DNA of 64,000 bases from the NCBI GenBank assembly GCA_008690995.1, contig VRMN01000006.1, forward strand, positions 496,001-560,000. The letters run 5' to 3'. This document shows positions 34,576 through 44,616 of this stretch, one piece after another. How positions within the stretch are numbered: the stretch's first letter is position 1; each line of letters opens with the position of its first letter. The DNA is from Porphyridium purpureum. Lineage: Eukaryota. Below the pieces are notes generated by a model. The model was given only the letters and a program-made list of their open reading frames with translations. It searched no databases and was not told where the DNA came from. The position numbers and the translations under genes are program-made.

Positions 34576-35802
34576 TTAACGCCAGCGCGATGAGTCTTGT
34601 GTGACGAGCGAGAGCTCATCCTTGGCCGTGGCTTTGTACGCTATCACGCGCGACGAGCGGAGCACAGCCGAGTAGCTGAACGTGGTCAATCCCACAACGG
34701 CAAAGTCAGCCTCGCCGATAAGAAACCAGTCGCACAAAGGCAGCACGTCCATGTGACGCGAGTCGCGGAATTTCTCGCGCGCGGGATAGCGCGGAATACC
34801 TACCTGACGAAGTTGCTCTATCGTATGCCGGTCCGCGACTAACAGCTCCAGCCGGTCGCTGGTAAGATACAGGTCCGTTTCGGATGCGTTTAGTTCGTGA
34901 TGCGCCTGCATTCTCCGAAGCGTCTGAAGGCTTGCAGTTGTAATGGTCTTCTCGTACTCTGATCTGGACGTCGCGTTCAGGTTTGTGTAGGCAGATGAGT
35001 CCACCATGTAGCGGATCTGCAACGCTACGAGAGTACGCCCCGTTTCAGCCTTCACGTGGGCAAAGTGGTCCTTGGTGAATTCAGAAAGCCCAGCACTCCG
35101 GAAGCGCTCCGCGCACTTTTCCTTGAAGCCTGTCCGCCAACTTCTAGCATGAAAAAGCGACTGCACGTCTGCTTTGCGGTTGTCGCTTAGCGCCTTGGTG
35201 CCGTTCCACCGTGCGGCATACTCCTCGACTTTCACTTGGTTGAGGCACGCGAAGATCCGTGCGCAGATGAAAACTAGGTGGTTGTACTTTGCATCTTCAC
35301 TCATCAACTGTGCGATGCTTTGATTCTGCAATACGCCGCGGTTGAGCTCCGGGTGTGCGTCGAAGTGAAACGAAAGCCTGTTGTGATTTGCCAGCGAGCG
35401 CACACTAAGGATCACCTGCTCATACGCACCGTCTGTCAAGCTTCGCATCCTCGGGAACTCTATGACGCCTCGATGAAGTAGAAGGTAGTCAACCAACAAA
35501 GTGCGCTTCGACAGAGTCGCAAGACGCTTCACGGCCACGAGCCCACCAAGATTATTACCGAAGCCACAGCATGGTGAGTTCCTGTACGTCAGCGTGCGTG
35601 TGTTGCTTAGCAACTCCTTCTTGCGGACGGCATCTTTTTCTGTGATGCGCAGCGCGGCGCTGCTGTACGGAAATGGTGCATGCTCGTTCGCCGCGGCGAT
35701 CGCCATCACGAGCACCAGCACGAGGACGACAAGCGGAAGAGCGCGCGCTCCCACGCCAATGGACAGAGTGCCGGGACTAGGCAGCATCCGCGTCCATGCC
35801 AT
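34576..35802 (-). CDS. Type II membrane fucosyltransferase-superfamily (GT-B) glycosyltransferase
   Basis: N-terminal TM; GFGNNL...LATLSKRTLLVD, VALQIR, LYLTSD and DWFLIGEAD..V...TTFS match the alpha-2/alpha-6/O-fucosyltransferase motif set. Confidence 0.75.
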   Translation of the reverse strand: MAWTRMLPSPGTLSIGVGARALPLVVLVLVLVMAIAAANEHAPFPYSSAALRITEKDAVRKKELLSNTRTLTYRNSPCCGFGNNLGGLVAVKRLATLSKRTLLVDYLLLHRGVIEFPRMRSLTDGAYEQVILSVRSLANHNRLSFHFDAHPELNRGVLQNQSIAQLMSEDAKYNHLVFICARIFACLNQVKVEEYAARWNGTKALSDNRKADVQSLFHARSWRTGFKEKCAERFRSAGLSEFTKDHFAHVKAETGRTLVALQIRYMVDSSAYTNLNATSRSEYEKTITTASLQTLRRMQAHHELNASETDLYLTSDRLELLVADRHTIEQLRQVGIPRYPAREKFRDSRHMDVLPLCDWFLIGEADFAVVGLTTFSYSAVLRSSRVIAYKATAKDELSLVTQDSSRWR

Positions 35803-36404
35803 TCTGGAGTCAGAACGACTGCTGGCCAGCTGGGCTCCTTCAGCCGACTCCCTTTCACTCCACCTGTCCGAACACTGAAATGATCAATCTTGCTGCGTGC
35901 CGAACCGGCGCTGGTGGGCAGTATAGCGCCCGTGTGGAACTGACTGTGAGAGCGAATCTTCAGGAAAGGAGCGTCCCGCACGCGTCCCGCACGCGTCCCG
36001 GTGCACCACAAGGTTCCGCAACTACCAAACCGGGTCCAACGCCCAACTCCCGCCACGCAATGGGTAGCAGTGACCTCCCGTTCCGACTCTTCGACGACCT
36101 ATCCTTTGTTGAGGTGGCAAGCAACCAACTTGCGCTACCTTTCGTTCTGCATCTCGCGATGCACCGGCGCCCTTGCCTTTCCACCTCGTTGCGCATGCAT
36201 ATGGCCACGTGGCCGCAGCTTGGCCTGAGCCGAGACGGAGGAGCGCGGAAGTCAGCGGGACGCGAGGTTTACGGTGTTTGTGCTGGGCGCGTCGGAGTCA
36301 AGATTTTGACGCCTCCCGCTTGGTGGGGCGGGGCAAGGGGGTTGGGAACGTTCGGCTGGCAGGTACTTCGGGAAGGGAGGGAGAGCGCCGCGCGTCACGC
36401 TGCG

Positions 36405-37427
36405 ATGTGCGCACAAGGCACAGCAGAAGTGGTGGCGGATGTGAATGCTGCATTTGTGCACGGCTGTGGCGCGCGCGCCGCAAGATTGCGTCGCCAGAAC
36501 GGCTCGAGTCGCGGCGTGCGCGGACATCTGGCCAGCGGGAAGGACCGGTTGGCACGCATAAGGAGTGGCGTGGCTGCAAGAACTAGACACGCTCGCGTGC
36601 ACATGGCCGCTCCGGCCGGCCTGGACGCTCTGTTCGCACCGAGTGGCGTCAATGCGGTCCTCGTGCATGCCCCCATGTACCTGTGGGCGCGCAACGCGTC
36701 TAGTATCGAGCGCATTCTGACGCCGGCAGGGCTGCTACATTCCACGGCGTTTGGCGTGCTGCTGTGGAGCTCGATGGGCGCCCGCGGTTGGCTGCTGGGC
36801 GTAACATTTCTCGTGCTCGGTTCGGTAGTGACCAAGCTGGGCCTCAGCACCAAGCAGAAGGAGAAAACCGAACAGAGCCGGGGAGGCCGGCGTGGCCCAG
36901 AGAATGTTTGGGGCGCCGCGGGCGGCGGAGCCCTGTGCGCGCTCGGTGTGCTCGCCGTAAGCGCGCTGGGAGTCTCTGATTTGCCGGGTGCTCTTCATCT
37001 TGACGCGAAAACGCTCAATGTCTTCGTCCGTGCGTTCGAGCTGGGTTTCGTATGCTCGATGTGTTCAAAGCTGTCGGACACGGTTTCGAGTGAAATTGGG
37101 AAGGCGTACGGGAAGACAACCTTCCTGGTAACCACATTTCAGCCCGTACCCCGCGGCACTGAGGGTGCGGTGAGCGTGGAAGGCACGCTCGCCGGTATCG
37201 TGGCATCATTTTTCATGGCCGCGCTCGGCTTTGGATCAGGCTTCATCGATTCCTCGGACGTAGTCATCGCGGTGGCCGCTGCTTTTGTAGCCACCACAGC
37301 AGAAAGCATCATCGGCGCGTCGCTCCAGGACAGCCGGGGTCTGTCGAACGAGCTCGTAAACTTTATCATGACGGTAATCGGAGCGGGTGTCGGGGTCGCG
37401 GCGGCGCTCGTTCGCGGAACCATGTGA
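36405..37427 (+). CDS. VTE6: DUF92/TMEM19 family membrane protein, phytyl-phosphate kinase VTE6-like, plastid-targeted
   Basis: LTPAG, GSVVTKLG, GRRGPENVWG, KLSDTVSSEIGKAYG, VPRGTEGAVSVEGT, ES.IGA, NELVN. Likely start at MCAQG..AAFV (transit-peptide-like). Confidence 0.85.
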   Translation: MCAQGTAEVVADVNAAFVHGCGARAARLRRQNGSSRGVRGHLASGKDRLARIRSGVAARTRHARVHMAAPAGLDALFAPSGVNAVLVHAPMYLWARNASSIERILTPAGLLHSTAFGVLLWSSMGARGWLLGVTFLVLGSVVTKLGLSTKQKEKTEQSRGGRRGPENVWGAAGGGALCALGVLAVSALGVSDLPGALHLDAKTLNVFVRAFELGFVCSMCSKLSDTVSSEIGKAYGKTTFLVTTFQPVPRGTEGAVSVEGTLAGIVASFFMAALGFGSGFIDSSDVVIAVAAAFVATTAESIIGASLQDSRGLSNELVNFIMTVIGAGVGVAAALVRGTM

Positions 37428-37575
37428 CACCGTTGCGGAAATCTTGCCGACAATGTCCGAGAAGGCTATTCGCGGCGTATTGTCAGAAGAGTATATCCTC
37501 GTTTATAGATTTTCTCTTCCATTCTTTCTGTGGAATTTAGCTTTTTCTGTAGATGAGCGAAGGGAGTGCATGCTC

Positions 37576-39108
37576 TCATATCTCGTACGTTTGCCAAAGC
37601 GCGCGGTGCGCAGGGAGATTCTTGCGCAAGACCCGTTCAGCAACCATCGCCTTGGCGTCGTAAATCGAGCCTGCCCTCGGGCTGTGATATTTCATGCCAA
37701 GGAATTCGAGTTCCACCATAAAAGACGTAGACCCGATCTTCAGCTGACTCTCCAGCTTATTGTCCGCATCCGGGGTCACAACCTGTCCTGACGAGCTGAC
37801 AAGCGAGGAGGTCATCTGGTTGCCGACCAGTAATCGCGTAGGACCGGTACTGACCTGCTCTGTGTCGCCGTTCTCGGCAGAAGTCAGTTCCTTAGTCTTC
37901 AACATCTCGGAGGTGCTGGGCAGCACCAGCCTCTGCCCGGTGCGTGTGACGAGCTTGAAAACCGGTGCAGGCTGGTGGAGTCTCTGTGCTAGCTCGTACA
38001 GCATCTTGACAGGATTGTCAGCGCCAGACGCCAGTTCCGGCATGAGCCGGGTGATCAGCTCTTCCGAGTAAATACCTGTCTCTACAAAGGCAAGTGTGCT
38101 AGACATGTCCAAGCAGTCCAAATAAACCGCGCCGACGACAGCTTCCATAAGCGTGCCAAACGTGCGCCCCGCGTCCACAGGAAAGACCGCATTTTTCGCG
38201 ACCTGGTCTTCGACGAGTCTTCGAAGTCGATAATTGTATCTAAACACTTGCGACGGCTGGTGCCAGGCGCACCGGTACACGCGACGAAGATACTCATTCG
38301 ATTCGAGCGCCGTCTGTACACGTTGCCGCTCTTGTGCAGGCGCGTTGGGCGATTTGGCTAGCACCACCGCGCGTAGCACGCTGCGCAGCACGCTGTCGCC
38401 AAGGAACGCCAGCGGCACGTTCGAGACAACTCGCGGCTTTCTACTTGATTTCCGTGCCGAGGAATACGACCAATCCCGGTGGGTCTCTGATGTCTGTGAC
38501 GCTGCGTGATTTTCGCTGTGCGTCTGCTGGTCGCGCGGTTCGTGCGGCTGATTCTTGTCGATCATGGCCAGCGCAAGCAGGCCCGGGTGGCGAAACTTGT
38601 ACCCGTATAAGCTGACCAGCACGTTGTAGAGTTGCTTGGCTTGGTAGCCAAGCTGCGGGTCCTTGTGCAGACCGGAGAAGAGGAGCTTCTGCAGAATCAC
38701 GGTGCGAACATCGCGAAGCTCGTTCGCGTGCCGAACATTGGACGTGTCGACCATGATCTTTTCAAGCTGCATGCGCGGCTTGGACAGCACATCCGCCTTG
38801 AGCTTCCGCGGTATATGGACTTCTGTCGGTGCGCCGCTCGCCTCTTCCGCAGTGAACTTCAAGCCACGCAGATGCTCCAACACAAAGTCGCCATCGGGCT
38901 CTGAGCGCTTGTCGTCCGCGCCGCGAGACGGCAGAAACCGCGTCGCTGGGCGGAATGGAAGGCGCTCCTTCTCCCGCGAGTGCACGCCGGCGTGTACCGC
39001 CTTATTGTGCGCTCGCCGCACCACCATAGGCCGCATCCCGTGCGCTCCACTTCCGGCTGCGAGCCGCCGACTCACCTGGTCCTCAAGGCTCAGGCCGTGG
39101 TTCCGCAC
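37576..39108 (-). CDS. RNase III domain + dsRNA-binding domain protein, non-canonical active site
   Basis: YKFRHPGLLALAM, LAFLGDSVL, EAVVGAVYLD, NPVKMLYELAQR and C-terminal AKAMVAERVL. Start uncertain (GTG; ATG alternatives downstream). Confidence 0.8.
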   Translation of the reverse strand: MRNHGLSLEDQVSRRLAAGSGAHGMRPMVVRRAHNKAVHAGVHSREKERLPFRPATRFLPSRGADDKRSEPDGDFVLEHLRGLKFTAEEASGAPTEVHIPRKLKADVLSKPRMQLEKIMVDTSNVRHANELRDVRTVILQKLLFSGLHKDPQLGYQAKQLYNVLVSLYGYKFRHPGLLALAMIDKNQPHEPRDQQTHSENHAASQTSETHRDWSYSSARKSSRKPRVVSNVPLAFLGDSVLRSVLRAVVLAKSPNAPAQERQRVQTALESNEYLRRVYRCAWHQPSQVFRYNYRLRRLVEDQVAKNAVFPVDAGRTFGTLMEAVVGAVYLDCLDMSSTLAFVETGIYSEELITRLMPELASGADNPVKMLYELAQRLHQPAPVFKLVTRTGQRLVLPSTSEMLKTKELTSAENGDTEQVSTGPTRLLVGNQMTSSLVSSSGQVVTPDADNKLESQLKIGSTSFMVELEFLGMKYHSPRAGSIYDAKAMVAERVLRKNLPAHRALWQTYEI

Positions 39109-39155
39109 AGCCGCGAGCTAAGGTGGCGAGGTACGCAGACTTGTGGACGTCGCAG

Positions 39156-39677
39156 ATGCTGGAGATGCACTGGGCGGTGTGCGTGGTACTGATCCTGCTG
39201 AGCGATGTCTTCGTGGCAATAATTATGATGCGCCTGTCTCGGTCGGCGCGACGGAGCCACGTGACGGAGTTGTTAGCTCTGCACGCGCGGCACGAGGAGC
39301 AGGTCAAGGCGGTGCGGGAACAACATGACAAGACGCGCGACAGTCTGAAGCGCGCGCGCGCGCAGATCGAGACTCAGCGCGACATGCTGACAGAGCTGGA
39401 CAGTGCCAAGCTGGCCGCGCAACGCAGTGCGGAAGAAGCTGACGTGTCGACACGCTTGCTCAAGGAAATCGAAGCGAAGCTCAAAGTTGTCACGGCCAGT
39501 CTCGACCAGCTGCGCGTGGAAAAGGCACGAGTAGATTCCGAACTCGAGAGCGCAAACATCACGAAGTACGAGCTGCTGAGCCAGCTCCACGAGGAAGAGA
39601 CAGAGCGCGCAGAGGCTCTCGAGCGCTTGCGCCAACCGTCGACAAGCTTCTTTGATTGGGTCAATGACGAAGCTTAA
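39156..39677 (+). CDS. Membrane-anchored coiled-coil protein, hypothetical
   Basis: N-terminal hydrophobic helix followed by a heptad-rich E/K/L/A region. Confidence 0.7.
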   Translation: MLEMHWAVCVVLILLSDVFVAIIMMRLSRSARRSHVTELLALHARHEEQVKAVREQHDKTRDSLKRARAQIETQRDMLTELDSAKLAAQRSAEEADVSTRLLKEIEAKLKVVTASLDQLRVEKARVDSELESANITKYELLSQLHEEETERAEALERLRQPSTSFFDWVNDEA

Positions 39678-39841
39678 GCAGGCAGGATAATTGCATCGAT
39701 GGCCTGGCCTCCGGAGCCGTGGTACGGCCGTGAAGCTCCTCCCGAGCAGCACGTGCGGCATTTCAAAGTGTGCAGGTTGCGCGCGCCAGGCTTCATGAAA
39801 TTAGTTGTCTCTAGAAAAGGAAACTAAAGAAGTAAGGTGCC

Positions 39842-40891
39842 ATGAGACGCGCGGAAGCGATGCCAATGGAACCTCCTTTGGCAGCGCCTCAGCATCACCA
39901 GCAACCGCCGGTGGCAGCGGCGGCGCGGAAGCAGTTGTCACGGTTCGGGCGCGGCAGTAGTCGGTACGACTACGTGAAAGTGCGGGTCTGGATCGATGGG
40001 CACTACCATGTTCTCTCGCGGTTTCTGCTCACGCGTCTGTTGTGCATGTGTCGTGTGCCGTCCAAGACGGCCCTGCGTGTGGCGCTAGATCTCAAGAAGC
40101 GGCTTGTGGATGAGCGCAAGTTTGACCTATCGCACACAGAGCTGCAGAGCAAGCTCTTTGAGCTGATGGCCGAGTATGGCTGCTCGACAGCTCACTGTGC
40201 GCGTTACTCCAACGTCATCCAGTTTTACCACAAGCGCGTGCCTATTATCATCCTCGTCGGCGGCGTGTGCGTGCCAGCTGCCTTTGCGCTGCAGCTCGCC
40301 GCGCGTTTGAATATCTCCGCGCTCATTCGCACAGACTACGTCTTTGACATGCTGTGCGCGACCGCGGGGTCGCCTGGCCCGGGCTGCGCCCATCATGCGA
40401 TGTACCAACATATCTGGGCGCAGCCATTCGCGTCCAAGCAAGAGCTCGTGGCTGCGTTTCGTGAGCAGGCTGAGCGTGTTCGGTGTGCGCTTCGCAGCGA
40501 GTTCAACAAAGCGCTGACTGATGGCAAGTCGCTCATCGTTGAGGGCATACATGTAGACCCAGAAATGTATCTCGACCTGGTGCTGAGCAGCGGCGTCGGG
40601 ACCGAGCGTCCGGAAACGCAGGCGGAAGTGCCGCACATTGGTGTACCGATCGTGCTAAGCATGGCGCCCGGCGAAAACGCCGAGCCATGGTATCTGCTGG
40701 CCGTGCACGAGCGCCTCAACTTTGACGTGGCAAGCCAGAACATGAGTTGGCTAAACGAGCATTTTGAGGAGCAGGCGGCGGCGCTGCACGCGCTGCATCA
40801 TGTCATGGAAGTGCACAAATCGGTCGAGGCCGTTGAGGTAGTCCACGAGCTCGTCATGGATACGCTCGAATCGTCATTCGCATGCACATAA
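39842..40891 (+). CDS. 2-phosphoglycerate-kinase-like P-loop family protein with degenerate Walker A
   Basis: SSRYDYVKVRVW..HYHVLSRFLL, ALDLKKRL, VPIIILVGG, QLAARLN, DGKSLIVEGIHVDP. Confidence 0.8.
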   Translation: MRRAEAMPMEPPLAAPQHHQQPPVAAAARKQLSRFGRGSSRYDYVKVRVWIDGHYHVLSRFLLTRLLCMCRVPSKTALRVALDLKKRLVDERKFDLSHTELQSKLFELMAEYGCSTAHCARYSNVIQFYHKRVPIIILVGGVCVPAAFALQLAARLNISALIRTDYVFDMLCATAGSPGPGCAHHAMYQHIWAQPFASKQELVAAFREQAERVRCALRSEFNKALTDGKSLIVEGIHVDPEMYLDLVLSSGVGTERPETQAEVPHIGVPIVLSMAPGENAEPWYLLAVHERLNFDVASQNMSWLNEHFEEQAAALHALHHVMEVHKSVEAVEVVHELVMDTLESSFACT

Positions 40892-40965
40892 AAAGAACTG
40901 GAAAGGCTTCGATCCTTGGTGCTATCGGAATGCAGCTTTCTTGGGCACGGGCATGATGGAAGTAT

Positions 40966-41044
40966 ACAACAACAACAACAACAAAACAAAACAAAAAAAA
41001 AAGAAGACGAAGACGAAGAAGAAGAAGAAGAAGAAGAAAAAACC
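40966..41044. repeat. (CAA)n / (GAA)n microsatellite between convergent genes
   Basis: Read directly. Confidence 0.9.
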
Positions 41045-41085
41045 GACCAAGACGTTCTTCATTTTTATTCTCACAAAACTCCAAC

Positions 41086-42297
41086 TTATGGGCGATAGCC
41101 CGAGTTAAGCACACCCATATCAGGGCGCAGCGAGGACTTTCGTGTGTAGTATGTCTTGACACCCAACTGCTGGCTCTTCTTCTTTTGAATGCGCTCAAAC
41201 TTGGCGCGCACTTCTAGAACCTCATTGCGCGGCTTCTCATGCCAGCCCAGAGCACGGTACTCGGCCAGAACCTTATTGAGGCGTGCTTGGTGCACAAGCG
41301 AACGTCCTGGCTTGGGCTTCTGGTCATAATATCGTTTGAACGCCATATTGCCCACGCGCTTTCCATTCGGCAGCACCAACTCGACCGCCTCTTCGTACCC
41401 ATCCGAAGCACCAGTGCCGCGGGCGTCGTGCGCTTGTTGCTTCTCCAACGCAATCATGGCTCGTGCGGCCTCGTCACCAGACAACTCCTCCCACCCGTCT
41501 TGCTCCTCCTCCTCGAATGCGTACCAGTCCCCAAACTCCTCCATCCATTCTTCATCTTCCGGCGGAAACTTGCAGTGGCTCTTGGCGACCATGTGCGCCT
41601 GAGCCGCATAGACCGAGCCAAACTCGCGACTGCAGCAAATGCAAGCGTAACCCACCCCAACCTTCTCGCCCAGGTACGACAAGATTCCTTCCAGGTCGAG
41701 AACAAACTCGGCGTACGGTAAGAAAAACGAAAATGCCTTTGCCATGTAGGCAAGATTATGTTCCGTGCTGTCGCTAGTATGCCCATCAAACACGCACTCG
41801 CACGCGCTAAAGGGTCGTGCCTCTTCGAGACGGGTCTCAAGCTCCTCCTCGGCAGCTTCCTCTGCCAGCGCCAAACCAGAAAGCAGCTGGTGGTCTGTGT
41901 CAGTCAGCATTTCCTCCTTGCCAGCCGCCTTGAGCTCATGTACCTTGTCGACATGGCGCCGCGACTGTACATGCTGCTCGTACGCGGCGTGCGACGAGAA
42001 GCGCTTGGAGCACACTGCACACGCAAAGTTGCGCTGTTTCTTATTCCGCTCATTCTGCTCGCTCTGCGCCTGCTGCGTCTGCAGCACACGCATGCGCTCC
42101 TCAAACTCTTCCATCGACACTGGCGCGAGCCCAGACACCTTGCGCTTCAGGTTCACGCGGTGCCAGTCCGATTTGTAGTGTTCAGCGCGCGTGCGCTCCG
42201 TCACGCTCAGCACCACTGCGCATGCCATGCACCTCATATGTTCCACGGACATCTCTGACGCCGCGCCGCCCGCCATCGCCTCTTCCGCTGCCTCCAT
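41086..42297 (-). CDS. REI1: Cytoplasmic pre-60S maturation factor REI1/ZNF622
   Basis: C..C...HYKSDWHRVNLKRKV, C2H2 finger CAVCSKRF..H..SRRH, ECVFDG, YLGEKV...CICC, HMVAKSHCK, ELVLPNGKRVG..FKRYY.Q. Confidence 0.93.
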   Translation of the reverse strand: MEAAEEAMAGGAASEMSVEHMRCMACAVVLSVTERTRAEHYKSDWHRVNLKRKVSGLAPVSMEEFEERMRVLQTQQAQSEQNERNKKQRNFACAVCSKRFSSHAAYEQHVQSRRHVDKVHELKAAGKEEMLTDTDHQLLSGLALAEEAAEEELETRLEEARPFSACECVFDGHTSDSTEHNLAYMAKAFSFFLPYAEFVLDLEGILSYLGEKVGVGYACICCSREFGSVYAAQAHMVAKSHCKFPPEDEEWMEEFGDWYAFEEEEQDGWEELSGDEAARAMIALEKQQAHDARGTGASDGYEEAVELVLPNGKRVGNMAFKRYYDQKPKPGRSLVHQARLNKVLAEYRALGWHEKPRNEVLEVRAKFERIQKKKSQQLGVKTYYTRKSSLRPDMGVLNSGYRP

Positions 42298-42379
42298 TTG
42301 TACCCGGGCGCCCAGCCTTCGTCTCGCTCGCTTCCTCTTCCGCTTCTGGCAGCCAGCACGTCCGCCGCTGGCTCCTTCT

Positions 42380-42445
42380 CGAAACGGTTCAACGGTTTGT
42401 CCTTAGGGTTTCTCAAACCCTAATCTCATAACCGATAAACCGATC
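42380..42445. promoter_or_regulatory. Inverted telo-box pair flanked by AACGGTT/AACCGAT motifs upstream of REI1
   Basis: TTAGGGTTT-CTC-AAACCCTAA at 42403-42423; AACGGTT x2 on the left, AACCGAT x2 on the right. Confidence 0.6.
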
Positions 42446-42693
42446 ACGTCACCCTTGGGCGAGACGCGCATCTGCGCGACACGCGCGCCCGCCCGCGGAG
42501 CACCACGCAGTGCGGCGTGAGGAGGCCTGGAACAAGTGGACGAATATGCGCGCCAAGTCCGCTGCTTTCTCCTTCGGTTTGGCTTACCATGTTTTTATTT
42601 CACCAACGTTCGAGCTGGTCCTTCAGGCCTTTAAAGATTGATCTCGCCCAGCACGCGGGTCTGTTTCGCAACTGCTGCACGCGGCACTGGCTC

Positions 42694-42921
42694 TCACTCG
42701 TCCGCTTTCGGCTTGGGCACGGCCCTCGGGTGACCGTACTCGACGTAGCGGGGCAACGGCAGGTCGTAGTACCGATTGACAGATCTTGTCCTCATGTTGA
42801 TGTCCATGTCTTCCAGTTCGCGCGGAGGCGACATGAGGTAAAAGCCGAGGGCGAGCGTGCCGGCAACGAAACTGAAGCCCAGGATGGGCTCCCTGGTCCA
42901 CCACTGACGAAGTGCCGACAT
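42694..42921 (-). CDS. Small mitochondrial membrane protein, possibly complex I accessory subunit NDUFA3/B9-like
   Basis: 75 aa; W..REP..GFS motif, one TM helix, proline/tyrosine-rich tail. Confidence 0.5.
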   Translation of the reverse strand: MSALRQWWTREPILGFSFVAGTLALGFYLMSPPRELEDMDINMRTRSVNRYYDLPLPRYVEYGHPRAVPKPKADE

Positions 42922-43103
42922 ATCGAAATGGTAATCGCGCGCGAATCCCTTCCCCAGTGCGCAAGCGGAACCGACCGAACACGCAACGTGTCGACAAGCT
43001 CAACCCCTTTTCCTCCGCTGGATGAGAACCGTTCAGCAACGCTTCTAGCTTTCGTGAGGATGGAGAGAAAAGTGTCGGGGCCCTGCAGAGTGAGTTGGAG
43101 ACG

Positions 43104-44471
43104 ATGCAGGCGTGCCCCGGAAAGGACGGGCTGTTCGCTGATGCAACGCTCTCGTTCGTGAGTGACCCAGAAGCGTTGGTGGAGCGGCAGCGAGCAGAGT
43201 ACGCGGGCGCGGCCGTGGTCAAAATGCGCCTGATTGCGTCGCCCACAGTGCTGACTTTGAATTATGCGGCGGCGCGCGAGGCATTGAGCGCTGAGCAGCT
43301 TGACTCGGCGCCGTTTTTGAACCTTTTGCTTGCCGATTTAGTCGGAGACACTCTACTTACGCTGCCGCACAAGGACCCGCAGCATCAAAAGCTCCAAATG
43401 GCTGCAAAGGGCGCGCTCGACGCCGCTGCTCATGCGGCGGTGCATGAGCCCTCCACCAAAATTCGCTTTGAGGCGGCGCTCAGCCACCAGGATACAAAGC
43501 AATCACTCAATATGTACGAGTTTGCCAAGGAGCCTGTGCAGGAGGCACTGCTGGACCTCATTATTGGCGCCATGCATTTGAGCGAGCGCACGTCACTACG
43601 CGGACTGCTCAGCGACCATTTCAAAGCCGCATCGGCGCCGCGCATTCCGTTCGCGGCGTCCCTATTTGGGGCCCGCTTTGAGACTCAGTACTCCAAGGGC
43701 GTGCGCGCGAAGGATGAGCTCACACAGGGCGTGTTCATGGCATGTCTAATGCGAGAGAATGAAGCTCTTGCAAAGGCGGGTGCGCCACAGTGCAACATGA
43801 AGTGCGGTGCCGTGCTGTGTGCGCTTGCAGGGTCAGGACTAGAAGGTCCAGAGATCACATATCTGCTGCTGCTGCTTACGTCTGCTTTCATCCCAAAGAC
43901 GATCGCGTCGCTTGTTTCGTTTTGCCTTTTGGAGCTCTGTCTGAACCCGGAGCTCATGCACAAAGTGCGGGTGGAGATGGAAGAAAATGAGCAAGCGGAT
44001 GATCATGCCTCATCGGCAGTGCAGCTACCATTTCTCGAGGCTTGCATTCAGGAAGCGGTTCGGCTGCATCCGCCAGTGTTTGCATGCCCGCGCAGTTCTT
44101 CAGGCGCGCTCACCCTGCAAGATCACAGCTGTCCGCGCAAATCTCGTGTGCTGGCTGTTATTCCAGCGGCAAACAAGGACCCGGCCGTGTATGGACCGGA
44201 CGCGGGCGCCTTTCGGCCCGACCGATGGCTGAGCAGCGCAGGCGGTAGCGCATCGAGCGCGCTCGCAACTCCCGCCCCGCTCAGCTTTGGGAGCGGGCAC
44301 CGCTTCTGCGTCGGTGAGGACCTTGCGCGCACGCTGACCAAGCTGTTCATCGTTAGCGTGCTCAGGGCTTACGGTAACGTGCGACTGGCGCACGGCGCCA
44401 TGCAGCAGCGGCCATCAAGCAAGTACCTGCCGGTCAAGCAGGCGCTCGTGCCGTTCGAGCTGAGCAACTGA
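43104..44471 (+). CDS. Cytochrome P450 with atypical I-helix
   Basis: EAVRLHPP (ExxR), FRPDRW, heme motif FGSGHRFCVG. Confidence 0.92.
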   Translation: MQACPGKDGLFADATLSFVSDPEALVERQRAEYAGAAVVKMRLIASPTVLTLNYAAAREALSAEQLDSAPFLNLLLADLVGDTLLTLPHKDPQHQKLQMAAKGALDAAAHAAVHEPSTKIRFEAALSHQDTKQSLNMYEFAKEPVQEALLDLIIGAMHLSERTSLRGLLSDHFKAASAPRIPFAASLFGARFETQYSKGVRAKDELTQGVFMACLMRENEALAKAGAPQCNMKCGAVLCALAGSGLEGPEITYLLLLLTSAFIPKTIASLVSFCLLELCLNPELMHKVRVEMEENEQADDHASSAVQLPFLEACIQEAVRLHPPVFACPRSSSGALTLQDHSCPRKSRVLAVIPAANKDPAVYGPDAGAFRPDRWLSSAGGSASSALATPAPLSFGSGHRFCVGEDLARTLTKLFIVSVLRAYGNVRLAHGAMQQRPSSKYLPVKQALVPFELSN

Positions 44472-44616
44472 CGCTTCCGATTAAAATGGGCTGTTCTTAC
44501 CATAAAAATGCGCGGCTAGGCGCGTGTGTGCGAGGCGAAGAAAAGTTGCGGCTCACAAGTGACCGAGAGGAAGTCTGGCAGTGCGCACGTGGCTGGGAGC
44601 TGTGCAGGAGCGGAGG

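Noticed and set aside
35796..36404. N-terminal 200 aa of the 543-aa ORF before the DUF92 domain
   Set aside because: It overlaps the divergent gene start and looks like open intergenic sequence; the transit-peptide-like start at 36405 is more plausible.
43060..43109. Possible 20-nt GTGAGT...CAG intron adding 10 codons to the P450
   Set aside because: Too short for a credible intron here, and an in-frame ATG exists at 43104.
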